Part shown: one piece after another, positions 39,094 through 48,451 of the stretch | Layout: every line of letters starts with the position of its first letter | How positions within the stretch are numbered: the first letter of the stretch is position 1 | DNA from: Promethearchaeota archaeon | GTDB lineage: Archaea > Asgardarchaeota > Lokiarchaeia > Sigyniarchaeales > SOKP01 | Direction: 5' to 3' | Assembly: GCA_048941265.1 (NCBI GenBank) | Contig: JBHLNT010000002.1 | Location: 2,372 to 66,371 of the forward strand | Length of the DNA: 64,000 nt | The notes under the pieces: generated by a model | Database searches by the model: none | What the model was told of the DNA's origin: nothing | The model's input: the letters and a program-made list of their open reading frames with translations, nothing else | Program-made: the position numbers and the translations under genes

Positions 39094-39867
39094 TTAGTTT
39101 CTATCTTTTTGCGCGATTAAAGCTGCTCCAATGGCTCCTGTAAGTTGAGGATATTCAGGTCTCACAATTTCAAAACCCAATTCCTCTTCTAAATATTTTT
39201 TAACTGCGATATTTTTCGCAACTCCACCGCAAAAAACTAAAAGTGGGGCGACTCCAATGCGTTTTGCCATTCCTGCTACTCTTCTCGCAATTGATTTATG
39301 TATTCCGCCAGCGATTTCTACCTTAGAGATCCCTCGGGCAAAGAGAGATATAACCTCACTTTCAGCAAAAACAGTACAAGTAGAACTAATGGATGCTGGT
39401 TTTTTCGAGTTTAAAGCTAATTTCCCGAACTCATCTAAGGATACATCAAGAGCGTGGGCCATAACTTCTAAAAATCTGCCCGTTCCTGCCGCACACTTGT
39501 CATTCATCTGAAAATCAATGACATTTCCACTCTTTTTTGAAATAACTATAGCCTTACTATCTTGACCTCCTATATCAATTACAGAATGTGCTTCCGGGAA
39601 GAAATATTGTACCCCTTTGGCATGTGCTGTAATTTCAGTAATGCGATCATCAGCAATATCGATTGAATTTCTGCCATATCCCGTCGACATGACATACACA
39701 TCAGACTTTTTTAAATTATTTTTCTCTAAGATATCATCAAATAAATTATGACCAATTCTTTTAAAATCATGAGTGGATCTATCTATACGAAAGTCAATTA
39801 AAGTACTATTATCTAAGAGCACAACTTTTGTGGCCAAGGACCCTATATCTATTCCAATAGTTTTCAA
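39094..39867 (-). CDS. 2-hydroxyacyl-CoA dehydratase activase (HgdC/BcrAD_BadFG ATPase)
   Basis: GIDIGS ATPase motif. Cluster-bridging Cys contexts MNDKCAAGTGRF and SSTCTVFAESEV. TTG start. Confidence 0.85.
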   Translation of the reverse strand: MKTIGIDIGSLATKVVLLDNSTLIDFRIDRSTHDFKRIGHNLFDDILEKNNLKKSDVYVMSTGYGRNSIDIADDRITEITAHAKGVQYFFPEAHSVIDIGGQDSKAIVISKKSGNVIDFQMNDKCAAGTGRFLEVMAHALDVSLDEFGKLALNSKKPASISSTCTVFAESEVISLFARGISKVEIAGGIHKSIARRVAGMAKRIGVAPLLVFCGGVAKNIAVKKYLEEELGFEIVRPEYPQLTGAIGAALIAQKDRN

Positions 39868-39955
39868 TGTTAACTTTTCTCGCTTGTAATTTATAAAAGG
39901 GAAAATGAAGTCCTAAAAATAAATTTTTTGATATAAAATGGAAATTACTGTATTA

Positions 39956-40684
39956 TTATCCCAAAATTAAAACCGTAATTATTATTGTTAAAGAAAAGGC
40001 AGCAACCATTTGCAAAATATTCTTAGGAATGGACTCTTCGGAGATATACCCTAAAAATATCCCTAAAAAGATAATACAGATAAATATGATTACAAAAGAA
40101 GTGATAAAGCAGGTCAATCCTGCCTCTTCTACGAAGAAAAATGGAAGAATCGCCACAATTCCCCCCAAAAATGGACTAATTCCATTAACTATTGAAACGA
40201 TAATTCCCGTAAAAGTTTCCGCTTTTTCATGGAGGGTTTTAGCTTTTTTTTCCATTCTTTTTCTTTTAAGTGAATATTTTCTTTTTCTAATGGTATTTCT
40301 TTTATTTACGGGTATAACCATTGCTTTCTGAATTTCTTCCACCTCATTTTCCATAGAATCTTTTGCTTCTTGTTCCTCCTCTTTTTCAACAATGATACCC
40401 ATTGCACGTTCTAACTCCTTCCTTCCTTTTTTTTGCTCCGCCTTTTCAGAGAGATAGGAACCAGAAATTCCTGATATTAACATTGAAATTGACGTTCCCA
40501 TGCCTGTTAATATCACATAGGAAGATAAGATAGGTTGATTTGGATTTTGAAGTAAGAAAACTAAGAAACCTAACAAAATCCCCATAATTGTGAGCATTCC
40601 ATCATAAAAATTATTAACAAAATACCTCCGAGCAATTTGAGAATAATTTGTTATCTCGTTATATGTTTTTAGCTTTTTTATCAT
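39956..40684 (-). CDS. VIT1/CCC1-family membrane protein
   Basis: N-terminal FYDGMLTIMGIL and ISMLISGISGSYLSEKAE resemble the VIT-family motifs (DGL..., SMA.GEYLS). Charged central loop and C-terminal TM bundle. Confidence 0.55.
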   Translation of the reverse strand: MIKKLKTYNEITNYSQIARRYFVNNFYDGMLTIMGILLGFLVFLLQNPNQPILSSYVILTGMGTSISMLISGISGSYLSEKAEQKKGRKELERAMGIIVEKEEEQEAKDSMENEVEEIQKAMVIPVNKRNTIRKRKYSLKRKRMEKKAKTLHEKAETFTGIIVSIVNGISPFLGGIVAILPFFFVEEAGLTCFITSFVIIFICIIFLGIFLGYISEESIPKNILQMVAAFSLTIIITVLILG

Positions 40685-40867
40685 TTTATGTTAGAAATTT
40701 TAAAATAATTGTCATAAATATAAAGTAATATAAATGATATATTTTAGATTCTTTCTTTAAAACTATTAATTTTTTTAGTCACCTATAATATTATTAACAT
40801 AAGCAGTAATAAAAAATTTAAATTTACTGAAGATAATTAGGACTAAAAAAATTTTAATGCGATTGCT

Positions 40868-41503
40868 ATGAGCCATAAAATCAAAGATGAAATGATAACA
40901 ATGCTTATTGAGCATTCAAGAATTATATATGATGTAATAAGTGATATGTCGGTGTTTTATTCAGGCTGGGCTGAAAATTATCAAGGAAATAAGAAAAATT
41001 TGGATAAAAAAAAGGCAAAAATGCAATTATCTGAAGAAGATGCTGATGCAATAAAAATTAAAATTATCAAGGAATTCGGCGAAGCAGGACCTCAAGGATT
41101 AGGAGGATATTTAGGTCTAGTTTTAAAGATGGATAATGTGATAAATAATGCCCTTGAATTTGTAGATATTTTAGCCTCTATTGACTATAAAATAAATGAT
41201 GATATAAAGAAGAGATATCAGAAGTTACTAAATAAAATTATAAAAATGGTGGACGTTTTAAAATTGGCGATTAAGAATCTAAGAGACAATCGGGATGAAG
41301 TTTTTAAAAATACAACTGCTATCCATGAAATTGAAAACCAAATTGATCTAATTTTTCGACAATTCTCTAATTATTTATATGAAGAGGAAGATCTTGAAAT
41401 AAGAAAATTATTACGAATTAAAGATTCAATCATTATTTTAGAAGATTTAGCAGATAGGATACATGATATAGCAGATGAGGTTCGTATTTTATTATACAGC
41501 TGA
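40868..41503 (+). CDS. DUF47 / TIGR00153-family (PhoU-like) protein
   Basis: Helical about 210 aa. ENQIDLIFRQ and LEDLADRIHDIADEVRIL are typical of DUF47. Confidence 0.55.
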   Translation: MSHKIKDEMITMLIEHSRIIYDVISDMSVFYSGWAENYQGNKKNLDKKKAKMQLSEEDADAIKIKIIKEFGEAGPQGLGGYLGLVLKMDNVINNALEFVDILASIDYKINDDIKKRYQKLLNKIIKMVDVLKLAIKNLRDNRDEVFKNTTAIHEIENQIDLIFRQFSNYLYEEEDLEIRKLLRIKDSIIILEDLADRIHDIADEVRILLYS

Positions 41504-41549
41504 ATCTTTAATAATTATCTTTGCTTTCTTTTTTTATTTAAAGCAATTA

Positions 41550-43037
41550 TTAATAAATAGTTTCACCAGTGAATCGATTGACTTTTAAATGTCTAAATCT
41601 AGCTGTGGTAACTGCTGAAAAATCTTCAATCTTTGATATCTTATTAACAATTTCTTGAGGAAGTAAATAATTAGCTAGATGTATTATCATTTGCTTTGTC
41701 TCTATACAATTAAAAAGTTTTAAACTCTCGCAAGAGTAAAATATTTCGCTCAACAAATCATAATTTGTCTGTTGTGAAAAATTACATAATTCTAAATTTC
41801 TATAAATTCTAGATACGATGCTTTCTAAAAGATCGAATTCTTTTAATTTATCGAGTGAATTTGCCATATAATTTGAGAAAATTACATAATATGTAGATTC
41901 AGAGGAGAAAAATCCGTCACGATATTGTTTTACTCCTTCAGGAGAAATTCGTGTATCCAATTCATCAAAAATCGATTTTATTTTTTGAATTTCAATCTTT
42001 TCATATAGATTAAGAAGATGATAAATTTTGAGAATAATAACTAATTGGGAAGTCTCTAAATTTTTTAAATATGAGGGTTCAAAGAATTTTGAATCAATTA
42101 TGGTTATTGGTTTAAGCTGTTCTTCTGTTAACCATAGTTTTATAAGTTCGGTAGACTTGAAATAATAGTATACTTGATCTGTTGCCTCAATGAGGGGTGC
42201 TTCAAATTCATCAATAATTTCTTCGTAGAGGTTCAATAAAAATTCATGCACTTTTTTTTTATCGAGTTTAATACCAAAACGTTTAGCCAAATAGATACCA
42301 CAGAAGTATTGATCAGGATTTTTTAAGTTAACTAATGGAATTGATTCTAACCATTCATCAACATTATTTTTAATATAGTTTTTAATATGTGAAAAATCAA
42401 AAATTCTTTGCATATAAACAAAATCAATAATCCTATAAATAAGATATATTAACTGTAATTTATCTCGAGGACTATCTAAGTCCTCTAGACTTTCTATTTT
42501 ATTTTTATTTTCGCTAAATTTTTGAATAATATTTTCTTGAATTTGAATATATTTTCTTAAATTTTCTTTCTTCTTGGGATTTTGATCGTATGAATTTTTT
42601 AAATTTCGCAATTCTAAAATAAATTCAATCGGGAGAAGTCCCTCAGACTTTAAGTACAGCATTATTGCTCCTGTATCTATGTCAGCAAGATAATGAAAAA
42701 TTTTCTCCAAAAAAATTTCATATACAAGAGGAGCGATTTTTTTTTTATATAGGTCAATTATAGTAATAATTTCCTTTTTTTCATTTTTATTAATTATTAA
42801 GAAATGATTTGAAGTTTTATTTTCAAATTCATTTGGTTTAAAACCCAATTTAATAAATTCTTTTTCAAGTATTGATACTGATTCTTTAAGTTTTTTAGAT
42901 AAATCATTATTTTTTTTTATTGATTCTTCAAAAATATTACTAATTTTATCTTGAAAATATCTATCGATTTTATCATAAAAAAATTCTTCTTGAGTAGAAT
43001 ACAATTCTAAGATATTGAAGAGTCCCTGAAAAATCAT
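41550..43037 (-). CDS. hypothetical all-helical protein, 495 aa, paralogue 2 of 20834-22321
   Basis: See 20834-22321. Lies 170 nt downstream of the second A-subunit gene on the same strand. Confidence 0.7.
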   Translation of the reverse strand: MIFQGLFNILELYSTQEEFFYDKIDRYFQDKISNIFEESIKKNNDLSKKLKESVSILEKEFIKLGFKPNEFENKTSNHFLIINKNEKKEIITIIDLYKKKIAPLVYEIFLEKIFHYLADIDTGAIMLYLKSEGLLPIEFILELRNLKNSYDQNPKKKENLRKYIQIQENIIQKFSENKNKIESLEDLDSPRDKLQLIYLIYRIIDFVYMQRIFDFSHIKNYIKNNVDEWLESIPLVNLKNPDQYFCGIYLAKRFGIKLDKKKVHEFLLNLYEEIIDEFEAPLIEATDQVYYYFKSTELIKLWLTEEQLKPITIIDSKFFEPSYLKNLETSQLVIILKIYHLLNLYEKIEIQKIKSIFDELDTRISPEGVKQYRDGFFSSESTYYVIFSNYMANSLDKLKEFDLLESIVSRIYRNLELCNFSQQTNYDLLSEIFYSCESLKLFNCIETKQMIIHLANYLLPQEIVNKISKIEDFSAVTTARFRHLKVNRFTGETIY

Positions 43038-43207
43038 TTTAAGAAAAATTACTCCATTTACTATAAAAATTAAAAAACTTTTACCATAAATATTTTATTT
43101 TTGTATAAAAAAAGACAAGTATTAAAAAAAATCAGAAACTTAAGAGAAGTTTTCCTTCTTTTTCTTTTAAAATTGAGGTATATAAGGTTGTTTTTGCGAT
43201 AATACTT

Positions 43208-45031
43208 TTAACTGTAAAAAGAATATAATTTGTGAATTAATCTATTTTTTATATTTTCAATTTTATCAAAGTCATCATTTAAAATTGATTTACCCATACT
43301 CAAGATATTATTTAAGAGCTCATTATCTAATAAATCTTCAACATAAATTCCAAGTTTATTTAGTTCTTTACCCTGATTATAAAGTATAAGCATAATTTTT
43401 ATAATTCCCAATAATTTTTTGAAATCTGTATAAACCTCTACCTCAGTAAAAGCATTTTGTATTAAAAATCCATTTCTAATAATTTTTGCGATAAATATAT
43501 CGAAATTTTGATTCTCAAATTCATTACTTTCTCCTGTTATTTGAGAGACTAATTTAAGTTCATTTTCTTTACTTAAAATTTCATTTATCTGATTGCGACA
43601 TTCAAACCAATCTAAATCTATCTCATCCCATTTTATATCTCTTTCATTCCACCACTCTTTAAGATATTCTGGATAGTTTGAATATGAATTTAGCCAATCG
43701 ATTGCAGGATATTGCTTTAAGTAAGCTAATTTAGAATCCAATGCCCAAATTCCTTGAACAACACGTTTAGTCGCTGCCGTAACCGGCTCATTAAAGTCTC
43801 CTCCTGGAGGAGAGATAGAACCAATAATAGTTAAAGAACCTCTCATATCATTCCCCGATGGATCTTTCCCTAAAGTTTTAATTACTCCAGCGCGTTCGTA
43901 AAAGCTTGAAAGTTTTGAAGGTAAATAAGCAGGATACCCTTCCTCTGCGGGCATTTCTTCTAATAAACTTGATATTTCTCTCAATGATTCTGCCCATCTT
44001 GATGTGCTATCTGCTATGATAGCAACATCATATCCCATATCTCGGTAGTATTCAGCTATAGTCACTCCTGAAAAAAGACTTGCTTCTCGTGCGGAAACAG
44101 GCATATTTGAAGTATTAGCAATGACAATTGTTCGATTTATTAGCGGTTGCTTACTCTTAATATCAATTTTTTCCATAAATTGCTGTAAAATATTCGCAAT
44201 TTCATTTCCTGGCTCTCCACATCCTATATAGATGATTATATCTGCATTACAACATTTAGCGATATTTTGTTGGATAACAGTTTTACCAGTTCCAAATCCT
44301 CCGGGAACAGCAAAAGTACCACCCATTGCTATTGGAAATAATAAATCAATTGTTCTTATTCCTGTCAGTAAAGGTTTATCTGGAGTTAGTCTCTTTTTAA
44401 ACGGTCTTCTTTTAGTAATGGGCCATTTTTGGAGCATAAATAGAGATTTTTCCGCACCATTTTTTTTTAATCTATAAATTTCATCAATTATAGTATAATC
44501 TCCCTCTTTTGCTATAAAGGATAATGTTCCAGAAGAATCATAGGGAGCTAAAATTTTATGCTCTATGGTTTGAGTTTCTCGAACAGTTCCAATTACATCT
44601 CCCCCTAATATTTTATCATTAAGCTTTTTTTCGGGAATAAAATGCCACTTACTTTTCCGTGATAGAGGTTTGAATTCTGAACCTCTCTTTAAGGTACCTT
44701 CTCTATATTTTTGAAAAGTTAATTCTAAAGGTCTTTGAATCCCATCAAACACATGCGATAAAAGACCAGGTGCTAATTCCATAGATAAAGGTTCTCCCAA
44801 GGTAATTACTTCTTCTTTTAATTTTAAATTTGAAGTATTCTCAAAACATTGAGCAATTAAAGAATCCTTATTTATTTGAATTACTTCACTTAAAATATTG
44901 TGATTAACAATCTTAATTAAATCATAAAGACGTACTTGTTTTTTTAAACCCTTTACCTCTATTAAAGTACCATGAATAGCAGAAATAAACCCATGATTTA
45001 AATTTTCTTCATATTCGGTCATTATCTTCAA
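43208..45031 (-). CDS. A/V-type ATPase catalytic-subunit-A paralogue (second copy, GEPGNE variant)
   Basis: Full-length and co-linear with atpA (49846-51678). P-loop GGFGTGKT and Walker [13 protein letters not shown] are intact. GCGERGNE is replaced by GCGEPGNE (codon CCA read at 44203-44205 on the minus strand). The ORF-track start is TTG; ATG at 45022 is likely. Confidence 0.85.
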   Translation of the reverse strand: MKIMTEYEENLNHGFISAIHGTLIEVKGLKKQVRLYDLIKIVNHNILSEVIQINKDSLIAQCFENTSNLKLKEEVITLGEPLSMELAPGLLSHVFDGIQRPLELTFQKYREGTLKRGSEFKPLSRKSKWHFIPEKKLNDKILGGDVIGTVRETQTIEHKILAPYDSSGTLSFIAKEGDYTIIDEIYRLKKNGAEKSLFMLQKWPITKRRPFKKRLTPDKPLLTGIRTIDLLFPIAMGGTFAVPGGFGTGKTVIQQNIAKCCNADIIIYIGCGEPGNEIANILQQFMEKIDIKSKQPLINRTIVIANTSNMPVSAREASLFSGVTIAEYYRDMGYDVAIIADSTSRWAESLREISSLLEEMPAEEGYPAYLPSKLSSFYERAGVIKTLGKDPSGNDMRGSLTIIGSISPPGGDFNEPVTAATKRVVQGIWALDSKLAYLKQYPAIDWLNSYSNYPEYLKEWWNERDIKWDEIDLDWFECRNQINEILSKENELKLVSQITGESNEFENQNFDIFIAKIIRNGFLIQNAFTEVEVYTDFKKLLGIIKIMLILYNQGKELNKLGIYVEDLLDNELLNNILSMGKSILNDDFDKIENIKNRLIHKLYSFYS

Positions 45032-45049
45032 AAGTACGTTTCCTATTAT

Positions 45050-45484
45050 TCAAGTTCCTATATTTTCACCACAATTAGGACATTTTTTTGCAAATCCCGG
45101 GACAATTATTCCACAATTACTACACTTACGAATAATTGGTTTGCGATATTTAGATTGAATATTTATAGTATCAATTCTCCTTTGCTGAGGATGATATTTT
45201 TCATACACGCTTAAAAAATCTTCTTTGGATGTATTTTTTGAGTTATTTTTATTTTTCTTAAACATGGAAAAAAAAGGTTTACTTTTATCTCTGACTAACA
45301 CGCCTATAAAAACTAAAGTTGGAAAAAGCATTATTAACAGGGCAAGTAAAAGAGAAGCCCCAAGGTTCATTAAAACAGTATATAATTCATATAGAAAAAT
45401 TATAAATACAATTATCGAAATTACTTTAATGAGATTACGTTTCCAAGACTTCTTTCTTTTTACATCAGTATTTACAACTGTCAT
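45050..45484 (-). CDS. membrane-anchored zinc-ribbon protein
   Basis: Two N-terminal TM helices, a basic linker, and C-terminal CSNCG-x11-CPNCG. Confidence 0.6.
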   Translation of the reverse strand: MTVVNTDVKRKKSWKRNLIKVISIIVFIIFLYELYTVLMNLGASLLLALLIMLFPTLVFIGVLVRDKSKPFFSMFKKNKNNSKNTSKEDFLSVYEKYHPQQRRIDTINIQSKYRKPIIRKCSNCGIIVPGFAKKCPNCGENIGT

Positions 45485-45503
45485 GTTCTATTTAATTAAT
45501 TTT

Positions 45504-47798
45504 TTAAAAAAATTTCTTAGAAATATAATTCTTTGCCATTTCAATTTCTTTTCTAGTTTCTTCAGATTCAATTTCTTTTTCAATTTCTTTGGAGACTACA
45601 TCCTTCACAGCATCAATATTGAACGAAATTTGAGAAAAGTCACTTTTTAAAATGAGAGGGACAAAATCAACTCCTCTTCCTTCATAAAATTTAAAAAAGA
45701 ATTCATAAAAATGTAACCTTATTGCATTTAAAAATACAAGTATTCCCTCTAAAAGAATTACTAAAATATTCCCTAAAATTAAACCAATTATTATTAGTAC
45801 CTGTACAAGTATTGACTCTTGGTTTGGTAAAATGTTAATCATAGCTTCTATAGCAAGCATTAAAGATAAATGCGCTAATAACAAAGCTAATAATCGTGTA
45901 TAAGAAAGAACGTTACTCGGAACAGATAAAACAGTTTCAAAAGTATCCATTGATCCTTCTCCCAATAATGCACCATATGTCTGTTCTTTCATATATGAGA
46001 TACCAATCAATTTCCCAAAGGGTTTAAATAGTAATAGTAAAATTCCGGGGAGTATGGGCAGTAAAATAGGAGGAAAAGGAGTAGGAGGAACAGGTGTGAG
46101 CCATGCATTAAAATTTATCCCCCATACAAAAATTAATACAATCCCTCCATCTAAAAATAGCATTTTCATTAAGGTTTCGGTAAATGCTTGATATTTTTTA
46201 GATGCTTTCCATAAGTTTATAATTTGAAGAAGCCATCCTAAGTTAAGATGAAAAACTCCAATAAATATAGCCATAATAAAGATAGTCATGATGTTATTTA
46301 TAGGATTATAAAAGGTTATAGGTCCAATAAAGGGGAGGGGTATTTGAACAGGCATTAAATGATATCCTAAAATCTCTTCAGTGCCAAAAAATTCACCATA
46401 AAGAAACCCTACTAAAATTGCCCATAATCCACACCAAAAAATTATCCAAGAAAAATTAACATAATCTCCACCTCGTTTTTTAAAAACTCTTGAACCGACA
46501 ATTCCAGCAATAGCTAAAACTAATCCATGTCCAATATCTCCAAACATGATTCCAAATAACAAGGGAAACGTAATAAATAAAAATGGGGTAGGATCTATTT
46601 CAGAATAAGAGGGGATTCCATACATTCTCGTTAAAGTTTCAAAAGGTCTTATTATCCGATTGTGTTTCATCATCGTTGGGGTCTCATCCATAATATCTTT
46701 CTGTGCTCCTGAATCTTCCTCTTTTTCCTTAACTACCTTTTTAGGAGCAGCTCCAGATCTTATTGATTTATCTTCTGATGAGCTTTGAGTATCTAAATCT
46801 TCAGTTATTTGACCTCTTTTCTCGATATTAAATACTCTAACATTTATTTTTTGACCGTAATTATCATATAACGTCTTTTTTACTTCTTCTTTTTTCATTA
46901 GAGGTACAAAAAATCTAAATCTAAGACGATTAAATGATAAATCTTCAAATTGTTTTTCTGCCCAGCTAAATTCTTCAAGATTATATACAACTTCATTTAT
47001 AGCAGCAAATTTTGGTAAATTATCGTCTCTGATTCTTTTTAATTCCATTTCATATTTCGTTAATGTATTTTCTATGACATCAATTTCTCTATTAACTCGT
47101 AAGAAATTTATACCATCAGAATTCAAATATTTTTTTAATATAGGAACTTCTTCTGCATGGACGACTCCAAGTCTTTCTCTGAAATCTTTTTCTCTGTCTT
47201 TTGGATACACTATAAAAAAAACTATTCTATCGGTTGAAATAACTTGCGTGCGAATTATATTAGGAAATTCAGTGAATTCAAAAACTGTCTTTAAGTTGGG
47301 TAAATTTTTTGAAAAAGTTGTATATGCTTGAATATTAAAGTAATTTAGTTTTGAGAGGTTATTACGTGATAAATTAATTGTATCAAGGAGTTGATATGTT
47401 TCATTTATGATTTTTATTTTTTCAAATTCTATTTGTGTTGTTGAAATATATTTTTCTAATTCATTGAAACGATTTGTATAAAAATATACTTCTTCTAAAA
47501 GATTAGTAATAAGTTCTGATGAGTCTTTTGCTGTAAAATCAATTTTTACTTTACTTGTTAACCTAATTTCATTAAAATCATTTTCATAAATATTTAGTTT
47601 TTTGAATAAGTTATCTAAATTCACTCTTAAACTTATAATATCCTCCTTTTTAGTACTCTCTTCCTTTTGATAAATTGGTTTTGATTTTATATGAATAGCT
47701 TTTAATTCGGCAAGTTTAATTAATAAAAGTTCTTGATATCTCTCGTCTATAATTATATTGAAAAGACACATTTCATTAGTAACTTTCATTTTTCCCAT
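45504..47798 (-). CDS. atpI: A/V-type ATPase subunit I (a-subunit, stator/proton channel)
   Basis: 764 aa. Soluble coiled N-terminal half plus a polytopic C-terminal half with RLLALLLAH (the conserved Arg helix). Confidence 0.85.
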   Translation of the reverse strand: MGKMKVTNEMCLFNIIIDERYQELLLIKLAELKAIHIKSKPIYQKEESTKKEDIISLRVNLDNLFKKLNIYENDFNEIRLTSKVKIDFTAKDSSELITNLLEEVYFYTNRFNELEKYISTTQIEFEKIKIINETYQLLDTINLSRNNLSKLNYFNIQAYTTFSKNLPNLKTVFEFTEFPNIIRTQVISTDRIVFFIVYPKDREKDFRERLGVVHAEEVPILKKYLNSDGINFLRVNREIDVIENTLTKYEMELKRIRDDNLPKFAAINEVVYNLEEFSWAEKQFEDLSFNRLRFRFFVPLMKKEEVKKTLYDNYGQKINVRVFNIEKRGQITEDLDTQSSSEDKSIRSGAAPKKVVKEKEEDSGAQKDIMDETPTMMKHNRIIRPFETLTRMYGIPSYSEIDPTPFLFITFPLLFGIMFGDIGHGLVLAIAGIVGSRVFKKRGGDYVNFSWIIFWCGLWAILVGFLYGEFFGTEEILGYHLMPVQIPLPFIGPITFYNPINNIMTIFIMAIFIGVFHLNLGWLLQIINLWKASKKYQAFTETLMKMLFLDGGIVLIFVWGINFNAWLTPVPPTPFPPILLPILPGILLLLFKPFGKLIGISYMKEQTYGALLGEGSMDTFETVLSVPSNVLSYTRLLALLLAHLSLMLAIEAMINILPNQESILVQVLIIIGLILGNILVILLEGILVFLNAIRLHFYEFFFKFYEGRGVDFVPLILKSDFSQISFNIDAVKDVVSKEIEKEIESEETRKEIEMAKNYISKKFF

Positions 47799-47803
47799 CC
47801 TAA

Positions 47804-48400
47804 CTATGTTATAATCTCTTTTTTAACTAAATTTTTTGTTTTTTTCAACCTCACAAAATTTTCTCTATCAAGCTCTTCTAAAGTATTTTTAATTGTTTTT
47901 ATATTCGATTCTAATTCAGGTTTGACTACATTCCTTATCCCATTTATTCTTCTGCTTATTTTTTTAAAATTAAATGCAAGCTTTAACATAATATTTTCTT
48001 TTTCAGCAAATAAAATGAGTTTATTAAAAAAGTCCTTTAAAACGAGGATTAGATCATCAAGCTGAGGGCTTGTGTTGTCAAATGAATATGAGGGAAGCTT
48101 TTTTTCTTGTTTTAATTCATAATTAATATAATGAAATAAAATCCCAATCTCTTTTTTATATTTGATGTTAATTATTGGTTTAAACTGGATTTCACTAATC
48201 TTACTTATTAATTTAATTCTCCGCTTTCCCATTTCCTTATACGCATTATTTAAGGTTAATAAAGATTTTCTATACAAATCATAAAAATTATATTGAGAAA
48301 TTTTATAATCTGACCAAGTATGGTTAATTTGTTCCATTAATTGTTCTTGTTTATATTCTAAAAAATTTTCTCCTTTTTTAACAAATTCCAACTGTTTCAT
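47804..48400 (-). CDS. atpD: A/V-type ATPase subunit D (central stalk)
   Basis: The C-terminal ISRRINGIRNVVKPELE...LEELDRENFVRLKKTK motif matches D subunits. The family N-terminus (LNQTKTNLIKL) lies upstream of this ATG. The probable real start is ATT 48448-48446. Confidence 0.85.
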   Translation of the reverse strand: MKQLEFVKKGENFLEYKQEQLMEQINHTWSDYKISQYNFYDLYRKSLLTLNNAYKEMGKRRIKLISKISEIQFKPIINIKYKKEIGILFHYINYELKQEKKLPSYSFDNTSPQLDDLILVLKDFFNKLILFAEKENIMLKLAFNFKKISRRINGIRNVVKPELESNIKTIKNTLEELDRENFVRLKKTKNLVKKEIIT

Positions 48401-48451
48401 TAACTTAATTAAATTGGTTTTTGTTTGATTTAATTTTTTAAAACTAATATT

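Noticed and set aside
20834-43037. The two 495-aa paralogues, in direct orientation, as boundaries of a 19-kb mobile or accessory island
   Set aside because: The interior carries housekeeping amino-sugar genes (glmS, glmM, glmU-like). There is no integrase, transposase or att-like repeat. The two copies are diverged at the DNA level and are not recent repeats.
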